IMG/VR virus record: IMGVR_UViG_3300029267_004162
Span: 62,001 to 126,000 of that record
Strand: one strand, 5' to 3'
Length of the DNA: 64,000 nt
Part shown: positions 55,666-64,000 of the stretch, piece after piece
Position numbering within the stretch: the first letter of the stretch is position 1
How the letters are laid out: every line of letters starts with the position of its first letter
Notes under the pieces: generated by a model
What the model was told of the DNA's origin: nothing
What the model saw: only the letters and a program-made list of their open reading frames with translations
The model's database searches: none
Made by a program: the position numbers and the translations under genes

Positions 55666-56652
55666 CTATTTCACTCGGGCAAGGGGTTCGTCGGTTTGAA
55701 TCATTCTGACTTGTACATCATCGAATATTCGCCCACCATCAGTGGTTCTATCTCCCCATTGCGATTCGAGAGGATGCAAAGGCATTCCTCCGGTCAACAA
55801 TGGTTGCAGAGGCTCGTGTGATACGATTTTGAAGCGATAGTCGGTTCCACCGTTGGCATCGATGTGTTCAAAGAAATCATTTAGTCTGACATCTGGAGTC
55901 TCAGAATAGTTGATAGCCAGATTGTATGTCTCTAAAATTGGTACGATTCCTAGATCATCTCGTTCTCGGGAGAAGTTAAACTTGGGTATGTCTCCCCGAA
56001 TAGCTGGGAATTCAACATTCTGATACCGGAATTTCAAACCTGAGATTTCAGGTCTTGGATGAGTGGCATCACTGCGAGCCATAGTAACCATGAACTTGAC
56101 TCGAGTAGCCTGCCGGAATGCATCGACAAAAGTATCATCTAAAACATCCAGCCAAGTAACCCCATCGAATGTAGCCTCAACCGTGACTCCCCCCGAGGTC
56201 AACACATCCACCAAGTCCAAACCCCAGTTGTTAACCAGCGGAACCCAATCAGATTGAACCGTCGTCAAAACGGCAGTGGAATCCATACGGAATGATGGAT
56301 GGTGCTTCCCTTGACTATAATCCCATTTCCCATTAACCGAATAAGTGGTCGTGTTGGGTTGAATAGGTAGGATGGTTTTGAATCCTCGTTTAGAATACCC
56401 TGGAAGTATCCCTACCCCATGACATAGTTGACAAGTATCGGGGGTATCAAATTCAGCCTCCTTACACGGACAAGGTTCCTGTTGTTGAATAGTCCAAACG
56501 TAAAACCATTCAGGAAGCACACGAGCTGCCTCATCCAGATTGGCTCGAATTCGCTCCATCAAAAATTTGCTGGTATTGGTTACATGGACTCTCTTTTGCT
56601 GAGTCCCATGGTGGTGCTCGTTGTGTCGTTGACGACTAGTTCGTGCGGGCAT
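55666..56652 (-). CDS. Putative neck/head-closure structural protein with zinc finger
   Basis: PCPC...CQLCHGVG..PGY then beta-rich body; coupled to the hub gene. Confidence 0.45.
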   Translation of the reverse strand: MPARTSRQRHNEHHHGTQQKRVHVTNTSKFLMERIRANLDEAARVLPEWFYVWTIQQQEPCPCKEAEFDTPDTCQLCHGVGILPGYSKRGFKTILPIQPNTTTYSVNGKWDYSQGKHHPSFRMDSTAVLTTVQSDWVPLVNNWGLDLVDVLTSGGVTVEATFDGVTWLDVLDDTFVDAFRQATRVKFMVTMARSDATHPRPEISGLKFRYQNVEFPAIRGDIPKFNFSRERDDLGIVPILETYNLAINYSETPDVRLNDFFEHIDANGGTDYRFKIVSHEPLQPLLTGGMPLHPLESQWGDRTTDGGRIFDDVQVRMIQTDEPLARVK

Positions 56653-59294
56653 TAGTATCTGCTCCCTATTGCGGAGATCATATCTTTATCCTGCCGACTC
56701 AAATTCTCCAGCAACAGTTTGACAGCAGCCATTATGCGAGATCGCCAGACAGAAGTAGAAGTAACATCGTCTGGGCCATGCCCATATTGATCCATGATCT
56801 GGGCCATTGACTCAGTGGGAACATACCCATTTAGAGCGTATAGGAGTTCATCTATTTCTTCACTAGCGATACCTGATTGCTCCAGCAATTGGGTGGTTTT
56901 AGCCGTAGCCAATTGGATTGCTGAATCAACCATTGCTCTGGGGTCTCCCAATTCTCTGGCTCGATCCATCGTCTGGTTCATCAATTCGACCCCCAATTCG
57001 GGGGTGTAAGAACCAGCTACTTTAGCCTCATCAATGAGACCAGTCAGCACATCAACAGTGTCTCCCACAACCGTTGATCCTGCAAATGAATCAGGATATG
57101 CATCCACGAGAGATTGGGCTGTTTGATTGTCCATGGCCGTCAAACCCATGCGATCGTTACCCACAGTACCAGAATCAGGAGACAAAGCGGTCCAATTGGG
57201 GTTCCCGCCACTAGTAGCTTGTATTACTTTTTTCAGGGGATCAGTCGCCTTTTGGGGTAATCCTGCGTTCTCTACAGATTTTGCAGTATCTGATGATAGG
57301 GGTGTGTCAAAATTAGAACTAGGACCACCCCCGGTGTACCCAGGAAAAGAAGCTACTGCATCGGCGGGGTTTAAGGAGCGTGCTGCCCCCAGTTCCCCCG
57401 GAGAAACCAGTCCTACTTTTTGGAGGTCTTTAGAAGCAGACCACAAAATCCCCGGCGTGGGGTCGGCGCATAAACCATTTTCAGTGTTTTGGCCGATCTC
57501 GAAATCTTTGAAGCTGAAAATTTCAGTAAATCCAAAGGGGGAGCCGTCCGTATCCATCCCAATCAATGTGTGCATCTTTTCTCTGGGATTGTAGGTGCGG
57601 AGATTACTGATGGACAGCCCACTAGTCAAGGTTCCACTAGTCATGTCAATCGAATCTTCTACGGAAGTGATGATCCCATAAGTGTTCACCCATTCCAAGA
57701 AAACAGGCTTGTTGGGCAAGAACAATCGCCAAGGTAAGGTACCAACATCATAGGTAAAAGCGTTGGAAATGGATTCGGATAACCGCAACATTCCCACCCG
57801 GCGTAAAATGTCACAGTCAAAAACGTAGGGGAATGAATAAGTGTCCTGGTTAACTCCATACCTCAAAATCAAAGAAGGAATATGAATGATGACCCGCTTA
57901 AACTGAGTAGCCTCTTGTCCACTCTCATCGGTCAGATAATTCAGCATTCCTCCAGTGACAATAACTGACGTGCGCACATTGTCTGGAGTCTCGGTGTATT
58001 TGATCGCATCTTCTTGATCAGGTCTTCCAATTATGAGGGTATCTTGATAACCTGCATACAACTGCGGATAAATGTCCCACTGAGGATATTCAAATACTGG
58101 ATCTCCTAGAGGACTGATCCAAAACCGATACATCAAACGTTCGATGTACCCCTCGATTATATCCAAACGAGTCGCCCAATCAACCTCTTCTCTGTTAACT
58201 CCAGAAACATCCCCAATATTCCGGAACCCAAAGGAGTTCTTGGGGTAGAGCACTCTAGGACGAATGTTCTCACCATGAGGGCTCCAACTCCCACCATAGT
58301 AAGAATTTTCCCCGATTTCTTTAACCTCGGATAGCGTTAAGGCTTGAGATTGATCTCCAGTCAAAAGGCGGTCATACCAAGGAGTCCAATCTGAGCTTAG
58401 ATCGGGGGTAAAAACGTCAACCTTTTCCCCATCGGCGTATGCTTGAGCAATCCGGCCAACCCCATCTAGGATGATTTCCCCTGCCCCCGTTTCTTCAGCG
58501 GCTTTTCTCCCCTGAGTTACCTTACCTAGCAGGATTAACTCTACCACCCCGAGTAAGGTGAGAGTGGTAACAATGCTAGAAAAGCTATGGCCCTCCTGTA
58601 CAAAACGAGTATCACTGAACAAAGACTCGGTTAAGAACTCTGCCGCCGGCCCCTCGTCCATCACCTTTTGGAAAGAGACTGCACTCCCCGGTGCAAAAAC
58701 AGGACTTCCCCCTCGGACCTCCTCAGCAGTGAGAACTGGATTTTGGGCCACTCTTTGTTTTTGTAAGATACCACGAAGGTCAATACAAGTCAGTGTCAGG
58801 GGTTCTGCTTTCTCGGAGATTTCCCCAGAGACCTCATTGACATAACCGCAGAAAAAAGGAATCCAGACACGATCTGATTCAGATTTGAACCTATCCCCTA
58901 CCCAGGGCAATCTCATGAAAACCCTAACCGTGTCGTTCTTGTGGAGAATGAAATTCCACTCGTTTAAGGACCAACGACTAGTCCGGTATTTGGGATCATA
59001 GAAATTGTTGATGGTCTTGTACTGATAGAGACGATATTTGGTGGACTCATCTACTTGAGGGTCAGTGTGATTACGGAACTTTCCCTGTAAATTATCCGGT
59101 GTTAAAACCCACCCGTAATTAGCATTGGCAATCGAAATGGAACAACTACCAATGTCCCCATCAGACATGGTTCGAGATACAGTTTGGATGTAGGGTGTGA
59201 TGTCAATTCCTTGAACATACACCCGAACATCCAATAACTGTACGATGGAACCTAGTTCTTGTTCAGCAAGAACTGTCCGCTGAGGTATGGCCAC
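56652..59294 (-). CDS. Putative baseplate hub protein with degenerate lytic-transglycosylase-like C-terminus
   Basis: VRVYVQGIDIT...FFCGYVNEV...LTCIDLRGIL...TRLDII...FWISPLGDPVFEYP...RYGV hub pattern; VIQATSGGNP...MGL. Confidence 0.6.
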   Translation of the reverse strand: MAIPQRTVLAEQELGSIVQLLDVRVYVQGIDITPYIQTVSRTMSDGDIGSCSISIANANYGWVLTPDNLQGKFRNHTDPQVDESTKYRLYQYKTINNFYDPKYRTSRWSLNEWNFILHKNDTVRVFMRLPWVGDRFKSESDRVWIPFFCGYVNEVSGEISEKAEPLTLTCIDLRGILQKQRVAQNPVLTAEEVRGGSPVFAPGSAVSFQKVMDEGPAAEFLTESLFSDTRFVQEGHSFSSIVTTLTLLGVVELILLGKVTQGRKAAEETGAGEIILDGVGRIAQAYADGEKVDVFTPDLSSDWTPWYDRLLTGDQSQALTLSEVKEIGENSYYGGSWSPHGENIRPRVLYPKNSFGFRNIGDVSGVNREEVDWATRLDIIEGYIERLMYRFWISPLGDPVFEYPQWDIYPQLYAGYQDTLIIGRPDQEDAIKYTETPDNVRTSVIVTGGMLNYLTDESGQEATQFKRVIIHIPSLILRYGVNQDTYSFPYVFDCDILRRVGMLRLSESISNAFTYDVGTLPWRLFLPNKPVFLEWVNTYGIITSVEDSIDMTSGTLTSGLSISNLRTYNPREKMHTLIGMDTDGSPFGFTEIFSFKDFEIGQNTENGLCADPTPGILWSASKDLQKVGLVSPGELGAARSLNPADAVASFPGYTGGGPSSNFDTPLSSDTAKSVENAGLPQKATDPLKKVIQATSGGNPNWTALSPDSGTVGNDRMGLTAMDNQTAQSLVDAYPDSFAGSTVVGDTVDVLTGLIDEAKVAGSYTPELGVELMNQTMDRARELGDPRAMVDSAIQLATAKTTQLLEQSGIASEEIDELLYALNGYVPTESMAQIMDQYGHGPDDVTSTSVWRSRIMAAVKLLLENLSRQDKDMISAIGSRY

Positions 59295-59306
59295 CTCTAT
59301 CTCCGG

Positions 59307-60380
59307 TTAATCGTCATCATCTTCTAGACCTGGGAGCACGCCGCCAGGGGTTGCAGGTGCCAAAGAGGTCTTCTTTTTCTTTTTCTTCTTATCACTTTTC
59401 TTGGTGATTTTCTTACCACTCTTGCTGCTTTTCTTACTACTCTTACTGCTTTTCTTTTTTCTCTTGGGCGGAGTCTCTTCTGTTTCCTCGGAGTCTTCGT
59501 CTTCGTCGCCCACGAAATGATAATCGGGTTTCTTGTGAATGGTATGAACTGCCTTTAAGGTGGGATCAACTTGATCCTTAGTCATGAGATTCGCGGCAGT
59601 TGCCCAATCCACAATCTCTGGCACAAGTTTGAACGGAACATACCCATTTGCAAACATGGAGATAAGGGTATCTCTGTAATCCCCGGTAGTGGTCTTAGCA
59701 TTGTGGGTACCAGGAATCAGGGCAGCATACACCTTACCCAAATCGATCAGTTCATATTCACATTCTTCTTCAGTAAGAGCACAATTGGGATCAGGTTCAG
59801 AACCGGCCGGACACAACGCGATAGACACATTCTTACGCGATGTTTGGTCCAGGCCAACCGTCAATTCCAGATCATAACCCTTCTTCTTACCAGTGGGCTT
59901 ACGCCCCTTGATACGATTCATGGCCTTGTTCAACTCTTTGACATTGTACCAGTTAAGCCACAAGAGTTGAATTGGGTCTGCCGCCCCCGAGTCTTGTAAT
60001 TCTCGGTTGATCATGTTGATAACATCAGCAACCGATGGCTTAGACCTCTTAGCAGGAAGAAAAGCACACGCCAGGCAATGCCATTCGTGTGTCTCATCAT
60101 CCATCCGTTCAGCTTCAGGATCCCAACGAGAACAAATGAGTGGGAATACTTTGTTGTTTTTGGTGGTAATCCAATGCCGCCGAAGCGGTAGGATATTCCC
60201 CAGCAGTCTGATACGAATGACCGTATCTACAGCGTGATCGTGAAGATTGAAAACTCTCCCACCATCCCGAAGCTCATCCATGTAAGTGGGCTGACGATTC
60301 TCGTCCTGAGTCCCTTCCTTGGTTTTGGACACATCTTTCCCAGCGTAGGCACCTGATGATGCCGAAGTCTTAAATGCCAT
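59307..60380 (-). CDS. Single-stranded DNA-binding protein (gp32-like)
   Basis: IRIRLL...RRHWI...PLIC...CLAC...GYDLEL; acidic DDDD terminus. Confidence 0.65.
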   Translation of the reverse strand: MAFKTSASSGAYAGKDVSKTKEGTQDENRQPTYMDELRDGGRVFNLHDHAVDTVIRIRLLGNILPLRRHWITTKNNKVFPLICSRWDPEAERMDDETHEWHCLACAFLPAKRSKPSVADVINMINRELQDSGAADPIQLLWLNWYNVKELNKAMNRIKGRKPTGKKKGYDLELTVGLDQTSRKNVSIALCPAGSEPDPNCALTEEECEYELIDLGKVYAALIPGTHNAKTTTGDYRDTLISMFANGYVPFKLVPEIVDWATAANLMTKDQVDPTLKAVHTIHKKPDYHFVGDEDEDSEETEETPPKRKKKSSKSSKKSSKSGKKITKKSDKKKKKKKTSLAPATPGGVLPGLEDDDD

Positions 60381-60446
60381 CAGATCTTCTCCTATTGGCC
60401 TCTACACGTCCATATCAGGACTCTAAACGGCCATAGATGGCGTAAT

Positions 60447-60893
60447 TCACTCTGATATTGTCTTAATTCTTTGTACTAGTTTGCGGTTGGTCTGGGCTTG
60501 AAGGATAAACTCCCTCAGTTTTTTAGAATTAGCAGCTTTCCTAATTTTAGGAACGAACCCACAAAGCATAGCAAGTCTAAGCAGTTCCTGAGGGTGAAAA
60601 CGCGATAACTGAGCACGCTTGTAAGGAAACCCCTTACGGCGGTGTAAGTCCAAAACCTCATTATAGCATTCGGTTTGTTGAGCGATTGCGCACAATTGAC
60701 AAAAGGTGTCCTTAAGAGTGTTTAGACATTTAGAAGCACGCAGTGTTTCCCGGAATGGCTTGTTTCTCCTAGCCTCTTGTTTGATAATCTCTTTCAATTC
60801 AAAGATGGCTACTGGAGGATCGGGGGATTTCCCCAATAATCTGGCTTTGATCCCTTTTACATCGGCCTCTAGCGACTTGAGTCTTGATTCCAC
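60447..60893 (-). CDS. Hypothetical basic protein
   Basis: 148 aa with Cys cluster; directly downstream of consensus promoter. Confidence 0.6.
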   Translation of the reverse strand: MESRLKSLEADVKGIKARLLGKSPDPPVAIFELKEIIKQEARRNKPFRETLRASKCLNTLKDTFCQLCAIAQQTECYNEVLDLHRRKGFPYKRAQLSRFHPQELLRLAMLCGFVPKIRKAANSKKLREFILQAQTNRKLVQRIKTISE

Positions 60894-60932
60894 AGCAGTG
60901 TCCCCAAAAAAGCCACGTTACCAAAAAACCCC

Positions 60933-60961
60933 ATTATACCACAAAAGAGTCCCTTTGTCAA
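60933..60961 (-). promoter_or_regulatory. Consensus sigma70 promoter with extended -10
   Basis: TTGACA-AAGGGACTCTTTTGTGG(17)-TATAAT. Confidence 0.9.
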
Positions 60962-61407
60962 GTATTTCTCTTGGGTATTAGCATCCAGCCAAGAATGAGA
61001 GGGGCCAAACAGATTAGTAACATGCCACGATTCACGATGAGAGTCCAGATAACAAGCTCATGCATAGCTTTCCACGTCTGAATCACGTTGTTATCGTCGC
61101 GGATTTTAACTTGGTGGATTCTCTGCCAAATTTCTCGTTCAATACAAGTGAATTCTTGCTCAGTCCAAATTTGCGTCGGAGACGGGGTATTGGCGCATAA
61201 CGCAATCGCAGCGTTAATGGAATCCTCTATAATCGCAAACGTTTTATCGTCTATGGATTCCGGAAATTCAATTTTTGCATTACGGATCTCATCCCGTTGT
61301 TCAAACATCTTAAAACGGATGCGGTATCGCAGGAATGGAGCCAGTACGCTTTCGTACAAATAACACACCAACATGTACACACCGATGAAGGCGATAACAA
61401 TGGTCAT
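60958..61407 (-). CDS. Membrane protein
   Basis: Hydrophobic helices at both termini; ATGA coupling. Confidence 0.65.
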   Translation of the reverse strand: MTIVIAFIGVYMLVCYLYESVLAPFLRYRIRFKMFEQRDEIRNAKIEFPESIDDKTFAIIEDSINAAIALCANTPSPTQIWTEQEFTCIEREIWQRIHQVKIRDDNNVIQTWKAMHELVIWTLIVNRGMLLICLAPLILGWMLIPKRNT

Positions 61408-62510
61408 TGCCGCCCCTCCTCGTTTGCAACTCCAAGTAAGGTTGCAATGCGAGTCGCGGCCTTACCATCCCCAAAAGTAGTAACAGGGGTGGTGTATTGT
61501 TGCCGGTCTCCTAAGATGCTCTCAAAAACACTTACTATCTCATCCTTGCCCAAGGCCGGATCAACTAATTTCCCGCATTGCAAAGCGGCCGGTCGTTCAG
61601 TGGCCGCTCGAAGCACGACAAAGGGTACACCCAAACACGCGCATTCTTCTTGTATTCCCCCGCTGTCGGTTAAGACCACATAACTTGCTAACATGCTTTG
61701 AACAGTTTCGCGATACGACAAGGGTTCAGTTAGTGTGACCCCATATCGAGCACGATCTGCGGGAGAGATTATGGCCTTAACTTCTTGTCTAATTGCGGGG
61801 TTGGGATGAAGAGGCCACACGAATTCTACATCATGGTATTTTTGGGCCAACTGTTTCACTGATTCGGCAATGGTCCTCATGAACGGCCAGTTTTCCCTAC
61901 GATGGGCAGTTATAAGAGCTTGGTTTAGTTCTGGTTCCTCAGTGATTTCGCTCCGCATCAAAAAGAGTGCGTCAACGACTGTGTTCCCCACTACTTCGAT
62001 TTTACCCTTTACGCCTTCTCTGATTAACTGCGTTTTCTCAACTTCACTAGGACAAAAATGGTGGGTGGCTATATCTGCCATCAGAACCCGGTTCAGTTCT
62101 TCAGGAAAGGGATTGTGCTGATAAGTTCGTAAACCAGCTTCAACGTGTCCAACAACTTCGATCCCGGCCAACTTAGCAGCAAGCCCCATTGCTAGTACAG
62201 TTAGTGTGTCACCTTGAACCAGAACCGCATCGATGGTGCCAATGAGTGAAGCTAAGAAATTGGAGCACAAGCGAAGCATTTCACCAAACTGGTGAGCAAG
62301 AGTCGGGCTATTCTGATATTGTCTATTCGCTCGGGCATTCAGATAAAAACTTTTAGGTGACTGAATACTGAATTCCTTCAGGAAACTATCCAAATCATCA
62401 TGCTGGCCAGTATTCACAAAAGCAACATCGGCACCCCGTTCTTGCAAGGCCAAGTAAACCGGAATCATCTTGATTGCTTCTGGTCTTGTCCCAATAGTAA
62501 CTAGAATCAT
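61404..62510 (-). CDS. wecB: UDP-N-acetylglucosamine 2-epimerase (non-hydrolysing)
   Basis: GTRPEAIKM, TGQH, VQGDT, HVEAGLRT, PFPEELNR, GNTVVDAL, TAHRREN, TDSGGIQEE, TERP, FGDGKA. Confidence 0.93.
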   Translation of the reverse strand: MILVTIGTRPEAIKMIPVYLALQERGADVAFVNTGQHDDLDSFLKEFSIQSPKSFYLNARANRQYQNSPTLAHQFGEMLRLCSNFLASLIGTIDAVLVQGDTLTVLAMGLAAKLAGIEVVGHVEAGLRTYQHNPFPEELNRVLMADIATHHFCPSEVEKTQLIREGVKGKIEVVGNTVVDALFLMRSEITEEPELNQALITAHRRENWPFMRTIAESVKQLAQKYHDVEFVWPLHPNPAIRQEVKAIISPADRARYGVTLTEPLSYRETVQSMLASYVVLTDSGGIQEECACLGVPFVVLRAATERPAALQCGKLVDPALGKDEIVSVFESILGDRQQYTTPVTTFGDGKAATRIATLLGVANEEGRQ

Positions 62511-62519
62511 CGAACTTCC

Positions 62520-62822
62520 TCAATACACACATACCGTTTTGGGGGAATGGATGGGAACAAGGATAGATGTAGCTCGTTCAGCCGAAGTCAAGGCAGTCTC
62601 TTGATGCTGAACCAGTTTCTCGGGGTCTCTCGATGCCACAATTTGGATTTTTTGGCCATTCCAATAAGCTAAGGCGGCACCACCAGGAACTCGTTTTTCC
62701 AACTCATCCCGTTGAAACTCAATTACCTCAAGTCCGTAATTGGCATATTCTAAATCATTCATACAACACCTATTGATGCCATTTAATGGCTTGCAATACG
62801 GCTTCAGATAAATCCTGATCAA
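62520..62822 (-). CDS. Hypothetical protein
   Basis: ORF track; start uncertain. Confidence 0.45.
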   Translation of the reverse strand: MIRIYLKPYCKPLNGINRCCMNDLEYANYGLEVIEFQRDELEKRVPGGAALAYWNGQKIQIVASRDPEKLVQHQETALTSAERATSILVPIHSPKTVCVY

Positions 62823-64000
62823 AGGTGGGGTTCAAGTCCACCGATTCTCGGACGGTCATATGCATGTTAGTATGACATCGTTCCATAGCCTCAGCAATCG
62901 ATTCCACTGACACAACAACTTCGGGAAAGATAATACCATCTTCACGAGTAACCAGTTTGTCCACTTTGATCAACTCCCCATACTTGGGGGTGATGAATTC
63001 GTTCATAGGAGGATGGTCTGTTGTCACCGTAGGAATACCGGCGAATATAGCTTCAGGTAAACACAGTCCCAAACCATCTAATTTAGAGGGGTATACGTGA
63101 ATAGCACCTAAGTTATATGGAAGCAAAAGGTCATCTTCCGTACTCTCTTCTATCCAGGTGATGGAGGAATCGCGTTCGTTCAATACTCGTTGACACTCCA
63201 AAGGTAGTTTGTCTCTGCTGGTCTGACACCAAATTCCCAATGTCCATTCGGGGTGTTCCTGGAGCAGTTTATCAAAAGCTAAGATCAGTTTATCTGTTCC
63301 CTTGCGGTAATTGATTCCTAACCAACCAGCATTGTGAACAAAAGTAAACCTCCTATTACGAGTCACACGTTCGAGGGGTGTGTAATAGCCCTCAAGGCCC
63401 TGGGCATCAAACCGCCAGTCCAGTTTGACATAATTGCACAGTCCTTTGATTTGAGCGGAAGCCCATTCAGTGGAGGTCAACACCAGATCATAGATGTTGA
63501 GAGCGGGCTTCCAATCCTCCTTGAAATAATCCAAGTAGGTCATAACCAAACAGTGGCCACGAAGCACAAACGGCAAGGAGAAATCATACTCCTCGTTGAA
63601 TATGACCACATCGAGGTTGTTTGCTTTCACCCAATTCAACAAATCCGTTGGCTTGATCTGATACTGGGGATAAGACGTAATCCTGGGATGTGCCCATTTA
63701 CCTGTGGTTATCGGTGGTTTGTCCTCACCATGCACACCTCCGGTTCTGGCCAAGATGTAGGTTTCAATCTGAGGGTGTCTCTCCAAAGCGCCCGCCATCA
63801 TCCTAGCTACATAAGATTGGCCACGTTCAAACCAGATGTTCACAAACCCTACACGATAAGGAGTGTTTCGACGCGATAAAAGAGGCTTGCGTCTCTTGTA
63901 TGAGGATACGACACGACCAGCATGAGCTAACTTGGTAATATTAGAACCCATTACCGCAGCTTGAACGATGTTCTCTACTTCAGCAGGACTCTCCGTAAAT
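62770..64000 (-). CDS. GT-B (GT4-like) glycosyltransferase, 5' end beyond the window
   Basis: RKGTD...YPSKLDGLGLCLPEAIFAGIPTVTTD..PMNE; frame stays open upstream of 63951 (FTESPAEVENIVQAAV) to the window edge. Confidence 0.85.
   Translation of the reverse strand, partial: FTESPAEVENIVQAAVMGSNITKLAHAGRVVSSYKRRKPLLSRRNTPYRVGFVNIWFERGQSYVARMMAGALERHPQIETYILARTGGVHGEDKPPITTGKWAHPRITSYPQYQIKPTDLLNWVKANNLDVVIFNEEYDFSLPFVLRGHCLVMTYLDYFKEDWKPALNIYDLVLTSTEWASAQIKGLCNYVKLDWRFDAQGLEGYYTPLERVTRNRRFTFVHNAGWLGINYRKGTDKLILAFDKLLQEHPEWTLGIWCQTSRDKLPLECQRVLNERDSSITWIEESTEDDLLLPYNLGAIHVYPSKLDGLGLCLPEAIFAGIPTVTTDHPPMNEFITPKYGELIKVDKLVTREDGIIFPEVVVSVESIAEAMERCHTNMHMTVRESVDLNPTFDQDLSEAVLQAIKWHQ

Noticed and set aside
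59450-59475. PPKRKKK resembling a eukaryotic nuclear localisation signal
   Set aside because: SD sites, sigma70 promoters and operons show a bacterial host; part of a Lys-rich tract
44049-62510. Bacterial chromosome or integrated prophage boundary suggested by gyrA, dnaX, clpS, wecB and queC
   Set aside because: These genes are interleaved with hub, neck and SSB genes on one strand; no integrase, att site or host operon structure seen
32-63879. The many plus-strand ORFs in the track
   Set aside because: They lie antisense to longer minus-strand genes and I saw no recognisable motifs in them; treated as shadow ORFs
1-64000. Stop-codon reassignment as in some large phages
   Set aside because: Long intact ORFs under the standard code, with TAA, TAG and TGA all ending recognisable genes

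Overview
The window is a 64-kb segment of a large tailed (probably jumbo, myovirus-like) bacteriophage genome. Essentially every credible gene is on the minus strand, tightly packed with Shine-Dalgarno sites and start/stop overlaps, and the standard genetic code is used. Read in the direction of transcription (64 kb to 1), there are three blocks. (i) 64-45.7 kb: sugar enzymes (GT-B glycosyltransferase, WecB-type epimerase, SDR epimerase), SSB, baseplate hub, RuvC, a sigma-like protein, a prepilin-like protein, DnaX, ClpS, a DEDDh exonuclease and GyrA/ParC, with two perfect sigma70 promoters. (ii) 45.7-35.7 kb: a 7-deazaguanine cluster (QueC, true QueF, a TGT/DpdA-like transglycosylase) with enzymes I do not recognise from described phage deazaguanine pathways (second divergent QueC, PurD-like ATP-grasp ligase, NAT-like acyltransferase, GNAT, HAD), interrupted by a truncated TnpB. 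(iii) 35.4 kb-1: virion morphogenesis genes (scaffold-like, decoration, major capsid, tail tube, fibres, tape measure, neck) plus an actin-like ATPase. The strongest candidates for undescribed biology are a preQ1 hypermodification pathway, a twice-repeated structured RNA leader that sequesters ribosome-binding sites, two atypical tRNA-like elements, a shared N-terminal signal on unrelated proteins, and a phage actin/adaptor pair. All product calls come from motif recognition by eye; no database search or folding program was run.
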